DNA of 64,000 nucleotides from Nitrospira sp. (GTDB taxonomy: Bacteria; Nitrospirota; Nitrospiria; Nitrospirales; Nitrospiraceae): NCBI GenBank assembly GCA_029194535.1, contig JARFXR010000001.1, positions 874,721 to 938,720 on the forward strand, read 5' to 3'. The notes under the pieces were generated by a model. The model was not told where the DNA came from and searched no databases. It worked only from the letters and a program-made list of their open reading frames with translations. The position numbers and the translations under genes are program-made. Below are positions 1-9,854 of this stretch, piece by piece. The first letter of the stretch is position 1. Every line of letters begins with the position of its first letter.

Positions 1-15
1 GGGAACGGATCGGTC

Positions 16-840
16 TCACTCCTCGGCATGAACGGAGTCGAAACCGTATTTGAGCAGGAGCCTTTGGACGCGGGGACTCATGATGAAATCAAAGAACTGT
101 TCCGCGGCGTCCAGGGATGAGTCGCGGCAAGTCCAGACGACTGCCTGACCGAATTGAACGGGGAGATGTGTGCCAGCCGGGGCCTCATCGATAATTCGGA
201 CTTGGCTGCTGTTGATCGCATCAACACGGTAGACGAGACCCACTTCGGCGCTTCCGATGCCGACCAAATTCACGACATCGTCACTGTGTTGCGCATGAAG
301 AAGCCGAGAGCGGTTTCTGGAAGCAGGATCGAGCTTGGCCAACACCCTGGCCGTCACCTCTCCCATTGCCGAGGTTTTGGGGTCGACGAGAGCGACGCGA
401 ATGGCTTGATTGGGAAGGGCTTCCCGAAAGGAAATCGAGGCGGCCGGTGAATTGGTGGGCATGACGAGCACGAGGGAGGTCTGTGCAAAGATACGAGCTC
501 CACCGTTGAGCGTCAGACCTTTCTTCTGCAGTTTCCTGACGTCTTCCACTCCTTCGGGAAGAAACACGTCGATCGGCGCTCCCTTCTCGATCTGCTGGCG
601 CAACGTTTGCGACGGTCCATATTGAACCTGAACGGTTACCCCATGCTCCTTCTCGAATATCGGCAGAATTTCGTGAAATACCGGCTTCAAACTGTGGGCT
701 GCTGCGACAGTCAGAGACTTGGCTTCCGCTTGAGTTGCCGCGGCCGTTTCGGCTCCAGCGGGACTTGCGGTGTTGCCGACACCGGCGAGTGTGGTCAGAA
801 TCGCGATCGCCAAGCCGCCTGTCCAATTTCTTGGCCCCAT
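16..840 (-). CDS. modA: Molybdate ABC transporter periplasmic substrate-binding protein
   Basis: Signal peptide, then AAHSLK, YGPSQTLRQQIEKGAPIDVF, DPKTSAMG and VYRVDA motifs typical of ModA. Start placed at ATG 840 rather than ORF-track 879. Confidence 0.85.
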   Translation of the reverse strand: MGPRNWTGGLAIAILTTLAGVGNTASPAGAETAAATQAEAKSLTVAAAHSLKPVFHEILPIFEKEHGVTVQVQYGPSQTLRQQIEKGAPIDVFLPEGVEDVRKLQKKGLTLNGGARIFAQTSLVLVMPTNSPAASISFREALPNQAIRVALVDPKTSAMGEVTARVLAKLDPASRNRSRLLHAQHSDDVVNLVGIGSAEVGLVYRVDAINSSQVRIIDEAPAGTHLPVQFGQAVVWTCRDSSLDAAEQFFDFIMSPRVQRLLLKYGFDSVHAEE

Positions 841-1029
841 GCTGTCCTCCGTCGAGTCCGATTGCCGCACGTGTCCCATGACCGGCCGCTGACGGTAGGA
901 ATTCGTCGCAAGATCAATACCAATGAACGGTTTCCGGAGATGAATGGAGGAAGTCCATCAAACTCTGTTCATTTCGAGAACAATTCGGTGGTGACTTCGC
1001 TTCGCCATAACCGGGCCGACCGGGCAAAA

Positions 1030-1045
1030 TGTGAGTTTTCGCACA
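1030..1045. promoter_or_regulatory. CRP/FNR-family-like box TGTGA-N6-GCACA
   Basis: tgtgagttttcgcaca lies between divergent modA and the RND gene; a matching box precedes the second RND copy. Confidence 0.45.
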
Positions 1046-1320
1046 ATGCGCCCAGTGCGTAATATCACAAATTCAGTCTTCGGGTCTCGCGACGAAGATG
1101 GTACTTGATAGGACCGACTGCCGGACTACGCTGATTATTGGGCCATATCCTGCGGCTATCGGAACGAGCGCCTCGATGAGACGCTCCTTCGACCGACGAC
1201 GAAAGCAGGTAAGCTGCTTGCTATATACCCTAGGAAGATCCCTGGACCGACCGGCTGGACAAGCTAGACAAGTGGTGGCTAAATGACGGACAATCAGCTC
1301 GCTTCAAGCAGACCTCGCAT

Positions 1321-2934
1321 ATGAACCAGATCGTCCTCATCGCTCTCCGCCGACCGTACACCTTCGTGGTCATGTCGATTCTTATCGTGCTGTGGGGCGT
1401 CAAGACGTTGCTTCACATGCCGACCGACGTGTTTCCGAACATCACGATTCCTGTCACCTCCGTGGTCTGGATCTACTCCGGTCTGCTGCCGCAGCAGGTG
1501 GAAGGGCGCATCACCTATCTGTTCGAGCGCTTCCTGACCTCGACGGTGGAAGGCATTAAGTACATCCACAGCCACTCCTACTACGGTAGCAGCATCACCA
1601 ATATTTTTCTCCAGGACGGGGTCGACGTGGGCCGGGCCGAAGCGGATATCGTGGGCATTGCGCAGAACGTCGTGAAGGCGCTGCCGCCGGATATTTCGCC
1701 TCCGATGGTGATGCGGCTTGCGCCGTCGTCCATCCCGGTGGCCATGATCCAAATCAGTTCAGAAAACCTGACGCCGGCGGAACTTTATAATCTCGCCTAC
1801 ATGCGCATCCGCCCCCTGCTCGTGACCGTGCCGGGAATCGTGCTGCCGCACCCTTACGGCGGTCAGGACATGCAGGTCATGGTCAACCTCGATCAGCAGA
1901 AATTGCTCGCGCGCCATCTTACGCCGAAGAATATTCACGATATCCTCATGCAGCAATACCTCGTGCTGCCGTCCGGGGACGTCAAAATCAAATCGACCGA
2001 CTGGATCGTCCAGACGAACGCCTCACCGTTGAACATCGAGCATTTCGCCGATATTCCGATCAAGCGGGAAGGCAACGCGTACGTCTATCTGCGCGACGTC
2101 GCAACGGTGCAGCTCATGGGCCGGGTGCAACAGAACGCGGTGCTGGTGAAGGGCAAACAGACCGTCATCATCGTCGCGATGAAGAGCACGGAAGCCTCGA
2201 CCTTGGATGTCGTCAACGGGATCAAGCAGATGATCCCGCGCGCCGAGCAAATCTCTCCGGAAGGTGTGAAGATCCGGCTTCTCGACGACGCCTCGACCTT
2301 CGTCAAGGATTCGATCTTCGACGTCGTGCACGAAATGGCGACCGCCGGCGCGCTGGTCGGGGTCATTGTTCTCCTGCTCCTCGGCTCCTGGCGGGCGACG
2401 GTCATCGTCTGGACGTCGATTCCGCTGTCGATCCTGACCGCCATTATCGGGCTTCATTGGCTCGAGGAGACGATCAATGTGATGACCTTGGGTGGGTTGG
2501 CGCTGGCCGTCGGCATCTTGGTCGACGATGCGACCGTGATGATTGAGAATATCGATCGCCATCTCGAAATGGGCAAGCCGCTTGAAACGGCCATCATCGA
2601 CGCCGCCAATCAAATCGTCGTGCCGACGCTCGTCGCGACGCTCTGCATCGCGATCGTCTGGCTCCCGCTCTTCGAACTCGGCGGGGTCGCCGGCTACCTG
2701 TTCAAGCCCATGGCGGAGGCGGTCATCATCGCGATGATCGCCTCCTTCATCCTGTCGCGCACACTGGTGCCGACCATGGCCAAATATCTCTTGAAGAGTC
2801 ACCATGTCGCAACCGCGCCGATCGGCTCGCAAGATGGGGAGCCGAATGGTCAGCCGAATGGTCGGCTGGATGGTCACCTGGATGCTGAGCTGCAGGTCCT
2901 TTTGAAAAATGAGCCGTCGCCGGTTAAGGGCTAG
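1321..2934 (+). pseudogene. AcrB/AcrD/AcrF-family RND transporter, N-terminal half only (copy 1), with a 38-aa unrelated tail
   Basis: TM1, porter domain and TM2-7 including GILVDDATVMIENI. Homology to copy 2 stops at HVATA (2816). Could be a functional half-subunit rather than a pseudogene. Confidence 0.75.
2839..2898 (+). repeat. Degenerate 12-bp tandem repeat x5 (EPNG/QPNG/RLDG/HLDA/ELQV)
   Basis: gagccgaatggt cagccgaatggt cggctggatggt cacctggatgct gagctgcaggtc. Confidence 0.7.
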
Positions 2935-3169
2935 GATCCGTGGCAGCCGTGGTGCACATAAGGAAAGAGGCGCTTGCGTCTATGCCCCTCCGGACACCGG
3001 CATCGCGGCGACGAGCCTGCGTCGCGGCGCCATCCGGCCGAATGAGATCTTGCATCCCAAGCCGAACGTTTCTGAGGGCCTCAGCGAGCTGTTGCCGCTC
3101 GACTCGGGGAAGACCCAGGGTCATCGTTTGGACCTCGATCCATCTGCACGATCCACGCGTCTTCGAACA

Positions 3170-3185
3170 TGTGAGGTTCCGCACA
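3170..3185. promoter_or_regulatory. CRP/FNR-family-like box TGTGA-N6-GCACA
   Basis: tgtgaggttccgcaca upstream of RND copy 2; the flanking context (atgtgag..cgcacaat) matches 1029-1047. Confidence 0.45.
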
Positions 3186-3371
3186 ATAGGTTCTGTGCGT
3201 AGCTGCACAACGGTCAGAGTCCGTCCCGCTTCCCTAGTCAACAAACTCTACAGATTACCCTCCGCCGCTGATAAACCCTGCAGCTTGACTCTGGTTCACG
3301 CTGGATATGGCGGATGCGCAAGAACGGGTAGGGGTTTTGCTAGATCTGCATGGTTAGGCCGGACTTCGCAT

Positions 3372-4871
3372 ATGAACCAGATCGTCCTCATCGCCCTCCG
3401 CCGACCGTACACCTTCGTGGTCATGTCCATCCTTATCTTCGTAATGGGGAGCCTCACGTTGCTCCACATGCCGACCGACGTGTTTCCGAACATCACGATT
3501 CCTGTCACCTCCGTGGTCTGGCTCTACTCCGGTCTGCTGCCGCAGCAGGTGGAAGGGCGCATCACCTATCTGTTCGAGCGCTTCCTGACCTCGACGGTGG
3601 AAGGCATTAAGTACATCCACAGCCACTCCTACTACGGCATCAGCATCACCAATATTTATCTGCAGGACGGAATCGACGTGGGCCGGGCCGAAGCGGATAT
3701 CGTGGGCATTGCGCAGAACGTCGTGAAGGCGCTGCCGCCGGATATTTCGCCTCCCATGGTGATGCGGCTTGCGCCGTCGTCCATCCCGGTGGCCATGCTC
3801 GAAATCAGCTCAGACCACCTGACGCCGGCGGAACTTTATAATCTCGCCTACATGCGCATCCGTACCCTGCTCGTGACGGTGAACGGGGCGATCCTGCCGG
3901 CGCCCTACGGCGGCCAGGCCATGCAGGTCATGGTCAACCTCGATCAGCAGAAATTGCTCGCGCGGCATCTTACGCCGTCGGATGTTCATAAGGTCCTCAT
4001 GCAGCAATACCTCGTGCTGCCGTCCGGGGACATCAAGATCAAACCGACCGACTGGATCGTCTTGACGAACGCGTCGCCGTTGCATATCGACCATTTCAGC
4101 GATATCCCGATCAAGCGGGAAGGCAACGCGTACGTCTATCTGCGCGACGTCGCCACGGTCCGCCTCATGGGCCGGGTGCAACAGAACGCGGTGCTGGTGA
4201 AGGGCAAACAGACCGTCATCGTCGTCGTGATGAAGAGCACGGAAGCCTCGACCTTGGATGTCGTCAACGGGATCAAGCAGATGATCCCACGCGCCGAGCA
4301 AATCTCTCCGGAAGGTGTGAAGATTCGGCTTCTCGACGACGCCTCGACCTTCGTCAAGGATTCGATCTTCGACGTCGTGCACGAAATGGCGACCGCCGGC
4401 GCGCTGGTCGGGGTCATTGTTCTCCTGCTCCTCGGCTCCTGGCGGGCGACGGTCATCGTCTGGACGTCGATTCCGCTGTCGATCCTGACCGCCATTATCG
4501 GGCTTCATTGGCTCGAGGAGACGATCAATGTGATGACCTTGGGTGGGTTGGCGCTGGCCGTCGGCATCTTGGTCGACGATGCGACCGTGATGATTGAGAA
4601 TATCGATCGCCATCTCGAAATGGGCAAGCCGCTTGAAACGGCCATCATCGACGCCGCCAATCAAATCGTCGTGCCGACGCTCGTCGCGACGCTCTGCATC
4701 GCGATCGTCTGGCTCCCGCTCTTCGAACTCGGCGGGGTCGCCGGCTACCTGTTCAAGCCCATGGCGGAGGCGGTCATCATCGCGATGATCGCCTCCTTCA
4801 TCCTGTCGCGCACACTGGTGCCGACCATGGCCAAATATCTCTTGAAGAGTCACCATGTCGCAACCGCCTGA
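3372..4871 (+). CDS. AcrB-family RND transporter, N-terminal half (copy 2)
   Basis: Starts MNQIVLIALRRPYTF at ATG 3372, as in copy 1 (offset 2051 bp). Ends HVATA* overlapping the C-half ORF. Confidence 0.85.
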   Translation: MNQIVLIALRRPYTFVVMSILIFVMGSLTLLHMPTDVFPNITIPVTSVVWLYSGLLPQQVEGRITYLFERFLTSTVEGIKYIHSHSYYGISITNIYLQDGIDVGRAEADIVGIAQNVVKALPPDISPPMVMRLAPSSIPVAMLEISSDHLTPAELYNLAYMRIRTLLVTVNGAILPAPYGGQAMQVMVNLDQQKLLARHLTPSDVHKVLMQQYLVLPSGDIKIKPTDWIVLTNASPLHIDHFSDIPIKREGNAYVYLRDVATVRLMGRVQQNAVLVKGKQTVIVVVMKSTEASTLDVVNGIKQMIPRAEQISPEGVKIRLLDDASTFVKDSIFDVVHEMATAGALVGVIVLLLLGSWRATVIVWTSIPLSILTAIIGLHWLEETINVMTLGGLALAVGILVDDATVMIENIDRHLEMGKPLETAIIDAANQIVVPTLVATLCIAIVWLPLFELGGVAGYLFKPMAEAVIIAMIASFILSRTLVPTMAKYLLKSHHVATA

Positions 4872-6555
4872 ACAGCACGGACACTCTGACGCGGAACCGT
4901 CGCGGAACATCTTTGTCCGCTTTCAGAAGGGGTTCGAGCGCCGGTTCGATCAATTTCGCGATGGTTATGGCCGGTGGCTCGAATGGGCGATTGCGCATCG
5001 CAATCCCTTCGTCGGCGTCTTGCTGGCGGTCGCGCTGGCCTCTCTGTCTCTCTTCTTCTTCCTCGGACGCGACTACTTCCCAGAAATTCCGTCGGGGGTC
5101 ATCCAGATGCACATGCGGGCGCCCCTCGGGACACGCATCGAGGTGTCGGGACGTCTAGCCACGCTGGTTTCCAGCAGCATCGAAGAACTGCTGCCGGGTC
5201 AGGTGGAAAACATCGTCAGCAACTGCGGCCTGCCGGTCGGGCCGCACAATCTGGCCTTCATTCCGACGCCGACGATCGGCTCTCAGGATTGCGATCTGAC
5301 GATCCTCCTGGAAAATGAAAAGTCCCCGGTGTGGGACTACCGGCGCACCTTGCGCAAGGGCCTGACGGAGCGCTATCCGGGAACCGAGTTCACATTTCAG
5401 CCGTCGGATCTCACTGCAAAGATTCTCAACTTCGGGGCGCCCGCGCCCATCGATGTACAGGTCAACGGCCCCGACATGTATCCCAACTATGAGTTCGCCC
5501 GTAAATTGGTCGGAAAGTTTCGCGACATCCCGGGCGCAGTGGACGTGGTGATCCAGCAGACGATGCGCACGCCGACCCTCATGGTCGAAGGCGACCGCAC
5601 CTTCGGACTCGGCGTCAATAGGACCCTGAAGGACATGGCCGACAATCTGCTCATGACCACCGCCGGAAGCCAACAGGTCGACCAGATCTATTGGCTCGAT
5701 CCCTCGACCGGCATGTCATACCTGATCAATGTGTACACCCCGCAAGCTCAGATCAACAGCGTCAATAGTCTCAAGACCGTCCCGGTCGATTCCTCGGACA
5801 ACGCCTCGACCGAGCGTGAAGTGCAGCTGCTCGGCAACTTGGCCGAGATTACGGCGGAAGGGACGCCGGGCGTGATCACGCACGGGAACATCATGCCGCT
5901 GTTCAACATCTATGTCTCGGCCGAAGGGCGAGACCTCGGCGGCGTGCTGACGGACGTGGAGCAGGTCGTCAAGGGTATGGAGCACGAGAAGCCTCGGAGC
6001 GCCGAGGTCGAAATTCATGGCCAGGCCTCGCTGATGCACGAGGCCTACTTCCAACTGATCTTTGGGTTGGTTGCCGCCATCGCGCTGGTCTATCTGTTGA
6101 TCGTCGTCAACTTCCAATCCTGGCTCGATCCGTTCATCATCATTACGGCCTTGCCGGGAGCATTGGCCGGCATCGCGTGGTCGTTGTTCCTGAGCCATAC
6201 CCGCCTTTCGGAGCCGGCGCTGACCGGGGCCATCATGACCATGGGCACGGCCACCGCGAATTCCATCCTGGTCGTATCCTACGCTCGCGAGCGGATTCAA
6301 GAACACGGCGACGCCCTGTTGGCCGCGATCGAGGCCGGGAAGACCCGCCTTCGCCCGGTGCTCATGACCGCCTCGGCGATGATCCTTGGGATGGTTCCCA
6401 TGGCGACAGGCTCTTCCACGAACGCGCCGCTGGGTCGGGCCGTCATCGGCGGTTTATTGGTCGCCACGTTGTTCACGCTGCTCTTCGTGCCCTGCGTGTA
6501 TGCGATCCTCTATACCAGGCAAACGGCTCGACAAAAGGGACGGACCTCATCATGA
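4855..6555 (+). CDS. AcrB-family RND transporter, C-terminal half
   Basis: TM7-12 region with GRDYFP, ANSILVVSYA, RLRPVLMTA and PLGRAVIGGL. In a different frame from the N-half, with 17-nt overlap. Confidence 0.85.
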   Translation: MSQPPEQHGHSDAEPSRNIFVRFQKGFERRFDQFRDGYGRWLEWAIAHRNPFVGVLLAVALASLSLFFFLGRDYFPEIPSGVIQMHMRAPLGTRIEVSGRLATLVSSSIEELLPGQVENIVSNCGLPVGPHNLAFIPTPTIGSQDCDLTILLENEKSPVWDYRRTLRKGLTERYPGTEFTFQPSDLTAKILNFGAPAPIDVQVNGPDMYPNYEFARKLVGKFRDIPGAVDVVIQQTMRTPTLMVEGDRTFGLGVNRTLKDMADNLLMTTAGSQQVDQIYWLDPSTGMSYLINVYTPQAQINSVNSLKTVPVDSSDNASTEREVQLLGNLAEITAEGTPGVITHGNIMPLFNIYVSAEGRDLGGVLTDVEQVVKGMEHEKPRSAEVEIHGQASLMHEAYFQLIFGLVAAIALVYLLIVVNFQSWLDPFIIITALPGALAGIAWSLFLSHTRLSEPALTGAIMTMGTATANSILVVSYARERIQEHGDALLAAIEAGKTRLRPVLMTASAMILGMVPMATGSSTNAPLGRAVIGGLLVATLFTLLFVPCVYAILYTRQTARQKGRTSS

Positions 6556-7823
6556 AGACGCTCAATAGAAAAGGCCTCGTCGTTTCAGCGATCCTGCTGT
6601 GCGCGCTCTATATCGGCTACCGAGTTTACGAAAGCAGAAGCGACGCCGCTCTGCTGCGCGAGAGGACGCTCGCAGACGCCGTCCCGACCGTCGCCGTCGT
6701 CAAGCCGAAGCCGAGACCGGCGACCGAGAGCATCACGCTTCCCGGAAATCTCGTGGGGTGGTACGAGGCTCCGATCTATGCGCGCGTCACGGGCTATGTG
6801 AAGATGTGGTACAAGGACTACGGAGACACGGTGAACCGAGGCGACATCCTCGCGGAGATCAACGCGCCGGATCTCGACGCGGAATATGCGCAGTCCAAGG
6901 CGGATCTGGACACGGAGCGCGCCCGGTACAAGCTTGCCGAGGTGACCGCAAAACGTTGGATCGCGCTCCGCCCCAATCATGCCGTCTCCGAGCAGTCGAT
7001 CACGGTGCAGGAACAGAACCTGAAAGCCGAGGCAGCGAAGGTCAAGGCGGCGGAACAAAAGGTCAGGAACATCGAGGCGTTCATCCGGTTCAAAACGATC
7101 GTCGCCCCCTTTGCCGGCGTGGTGATCCAGCGGAACATCAACGTCGGGGATTTGGTCAGTAAGGAGGGCACTCTCAGCACCCCCAATGCGAAAACCAACC
7201 TGTACACGGTGGCCGTGGTCGATATGTTGCGTCTCTTCGTCAACGTGCCTGAGGCGTTCGGGCCCTTCCTCCAGCCGGGCTTGACGGCCGACGTGACGGT
7301 TCCGCAATTGCCCAATCGTCACTTCCACGCCAAGTTCCTGACCAGCGCTCGTGGGTTCGATGTCGGTACACGGACGGCGGTCACCGTCTTCACGATCGAC
7401 AATGAAGACCATGCTCTCTGGCCAGGCTCCTACGCCCAAGTTGAGATCACCGCGCCCGTCGACAGACAAGTACACATGATTCCGTCCACCGCGTTGGTGT
7501 TCCAAGAGCACGGCACGCAAGTGGCCGTGGTGACGGAGGACGACCGCGTGCGCTTGCGACCCATCACCGTGAGCAAACTCATGGACAGCGTCGTCGAAGT
7601 GGCGAGCGGGCTCTCCGACGACGATCGCATCGTGAACAACCCCAGCGCCGCGTTGCTTGACGGCGACAAGGTGCGTGTCGTCACGCCGGCATCGGGCTAT
7701 GATCTCCTCAACAACACGGACTCGCCCGGGTCGATGCCACCGTCGTCCCCGAAGGACGTTCCACAACACGGACAATCGGCTAAAGAACAACAGACGGCCA
7801 CGCCGGCCTCGCAGGTGCCATGA
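6552..7823 (+). CDS. RND efflux membrane fusion protein (periplasmic adaptor)
   Basis: N-terminal TM, lipoyl halves (IYARVTGYVK..GDILAEI; IVAPFAGVVIQRNINVGDLV) and a helical hairpin. ATGA overlap with the upstream stop. Confidence 0.9.
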   Translation: MKTLNRKGLVVSAILLCALYIGYRVYESRSDAALLRERTLADAVPTVAVVKPKPRPATESITLPGNLVGWYEAPIYARVTGYVKMWYKDYGDTVNRGDILAEINAPDLDAEYAQSKADLDTERARYKLAEVTAKRWIALRPNHAVSEQSITVQEQNLKAEAAKVKAAEQKVRNIEAFIRFKTIVAPFAGVVIQRNINVGDLVSKEGTLSTPNAKTNLYTVAVVDMLRLFVNVPEAFGPFLQPGLTADVTVPQLPNRHFHAKFLTSARGFDVGTRTAVTVFTIDNEDHALWPGSYAQVEITAPVDRQVHMIPSTALVFQEHGTQVAVVTEDDRVRLRPITVSKLMDSVVEVASGLSDDDRIVNNPSAALLDGDKVRVVTPASGYDLLNNTDSPGSMPPSSPKDVPQHGQSAKEQQTATPASQVP

Positions 7824-9448
7824 CCGACTTCCGCACGCTCACGAAGCCGGCGGGGTCACCGAGCGCCCTCTCACGTCGATGGCGCAACGGCCTGCTCCTT
7901 CTCGCAATCAATCTCTCGGCCTGCAATAGCGATTGGTTGCCGCATGCCGATCTGGCGCCTGCGTATCAACCGCCTGAATATGTCGTCCCTGCTTCATGGC
8001 ATGGAGCGAGTCCTTTCGTCGAAGCGAAGCCGTCGGATGACGAGCTGCGTCCCGATTGGTGGCAGGTCTACGACGATCCGGTCCTCAACAGGCTCGAAGA
8101 GCAGGCCATGGCGGCCAACCCGGACCTGCAGGCCGCCGCCGAGCGATTCGTCCAAGCCCGCGATGTCATGATGCAAGTCCGCTCTCAGCGGATCCCTCAC
8201 GTCGGCGTAGGCGGAAAAGCCGCGGACAGTCATAACCATGTTGATCCGTTGGCCATCCCCGGCGATGTGACGCTTTCGGGGCCGGTCGGGGCCGCTGCGG
8301 GGCTCGCCTCGTGGGAGCCGGACTTCTGGTCGGCCATCCGAAACGCGACACGCGTTGAGATCTACCGCGCTGAGGAGCGGGCCGCCGACTGGGGCCTTGC
8401 TCGGCTCAGCCTGCAGGCGGAAATTGGGGCGGACTATTTCACCCTGCGCGGGCTCGATGCGCAGACGGCGATCTATACCGAATCGATCGCCCTCTACAAA
8501 CGATCGTTGGCTCTCGTCAAGTCCCAGTTCGCCGGCGCCATCGCGTCGGCGCTCGATGTCGCCCGCGTGGAATCGCTACTGTTCAGCACGGAAACGAAAC
8601 TCGCCCAGATTCAAGGCCGACGCCAGGTGACGGAACAGGCGATCGCCATCCTGGTCAACATGGCGCCGGCCAATTTCTCGGTCAAGCCGGTCGATGAGCT
8701 TCGCGTGGCGAATTTCAAAATCCCACAAACCATGCCATCGACCCTGCTCGAGCGCCGGCCCGACGTCGCCGGCATGGAGCGACGGATGGCGGAGGCGAAC
8801 CGCGCCATCGGCATCGCCCGGGCCGCCTTTTTCCCCAATGTCACGTTTGCAGCCGACGGAGGGATCGTGAGCGCCGGCTTCGATATCGCCAAGCTGACCG
8901 CCGCCATGTGGTCCTATGGCGCGTCCGCGTCCCTGCCGATCTTTCAGGGCGGCTATCGCCGCGCCCAACTGCAGCGGTCCTGGTCGGCTTATCGCGAGAC
9001 GGAAGATCGCTACCGCTCGACGGTGCTCAACGCCTTCCGGGAGGTCGAGAACAATTTGAGCCTGACGAATCGGTTGACCCTCGCGGCCAATCGGCAGGAC
9101 GCCGCCGTCGGCGCTTACTACAAGACGCAAGACTTGACGATGGAACTCTATCAGGGCGGGTTGGCGTCAAGCTTGGAACTTATTTATGCGCAGGTCCAAA
9201 CCCTCATCGCGCGCATCGAAGCCGTGCAGATCAAGGCCGAATTGCTGCGATCTTCGGTGGCGCTCCACCGCGCCCTCGGCGGAGGTTGGAATCGCAAGCA
9301 ACTGCCGACCGATGAGCAGATTCAGCCGTTCGGGACGTTTCAATACGTCAACCTCTCCAAGCCGTCGCCGGCCGGCGGTATCGACGTCAATGCGGACAAC
9401 AACTGGGTCCATAACGATCTCACCAGGCCCGCCATCCCGTATAAGTAG
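7820..9448 (+). CDS. RND efflux outer-membrane lipoprotein (NodT/OprM family)
   Basis: Lipobox LSAC; ANPDLQAAAER, SWEPDFW, LLERRPDVAGMERR and AAFFP motifs. Confidence 0.92.
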   Translation: MTDFRTLTKPAGSPSALSRRWRNGLLLLAINLSACNSDWLPHADLAPAYQPPEYVVPASWHGASPFVEAKPSDDELRPDWWQVYDDPVLNRLEEQAMAANPDLQAAAERFVQARDVMMQVRSQRIPHVGVGGKAADSHNHVDPLAIPGDVTLSGPVGAAAGLASWEPDFWSAIRNATRVEIYRAEERAADWGLARLSLQAEIGADYFTLRGLDAQTAIYTESIALYKRSLALVKSQFAGAIASALDVARVESLLFSTETKLAQIQGRRQVTEQAIAILVNMAPANFSVKPVDELRVANFKIPQTMPSTLLERRPDVAGMERRMAEANRAIGIARAAFFPNVTFAADGGIVSAGFDIAKLTAAMWSYGASASLPIFQGGYRRAQLQRSWSAYRETEDRYRSTVLNAFREVENNLSLTNRLTLAANRQDAAVGAYYKTQDLTMELYQGGLASSLELIYAQVQTLIARIEAVQIKAELLRSSVALHRALGGGWNRKQLPTDEQIQPFGTFQYVNLSKPSPAGGIDVNADNNWVHNDLTRPAIPYK

Positions 9449-9459
9449 ATACTCCTCCG

Positions 9460-9637
9460 GGTAGTGAGTCGGTTTCCTCCTGCGTCATGCCCGCCCCCGA
9501 TCGCAGTCGAGCGCAGGCGTCGGCGGGCATCCACGCCCCGATCAAGACTGAATGTTGAGGAGAAGGCCTTGACTGGATTCCCGCTTCCGTGGGAATGACA
9601 CACTTCAGTGCCTCTGACGACAAACAGACCCACCAGA
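9460..9637. mobile_element. MITE family A, degenerate copy (~178 bp)
   Basis: Highly similar to 33038-33216. Ends are degenerate (ggtagtgagtcggttt / aaacagacccaccaga) and no target-site duplication is recognisable. Confidence 0.75.
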
Positions 9638-9854
9638 CCTCGATGTTCCGCCTCACGGCCTCACCATACTTTAGGGTCATTTCGGTTTGGGTTCGATTGG
9701 GCGTACCCTCTGGCCGACATTCAGTGCCACACGCATTGAGCTGATCCCAGAAGGTGCCATGCGGCGCTGCGACCACGGCTTCGTCAGCTCCTCCTTCCTT
9801 CAACTCGTGTCCCTCAACAGCCGCCGGATGAACCCTTCAGACCTTGAGCCTGCG

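Noticed and set aside
1218-1240. ModE box near modA (gctatatac)
   Set aside because: Only a half-site; the matching inverted TATATA half is absent.
2940-3371. 144-codon N-terminal extension of the 643-aa ORF
   Set aside because: The true start is ATG 3372, which matches copy 1 exactly. The extension lacks homology and contains the putative regulatory box.
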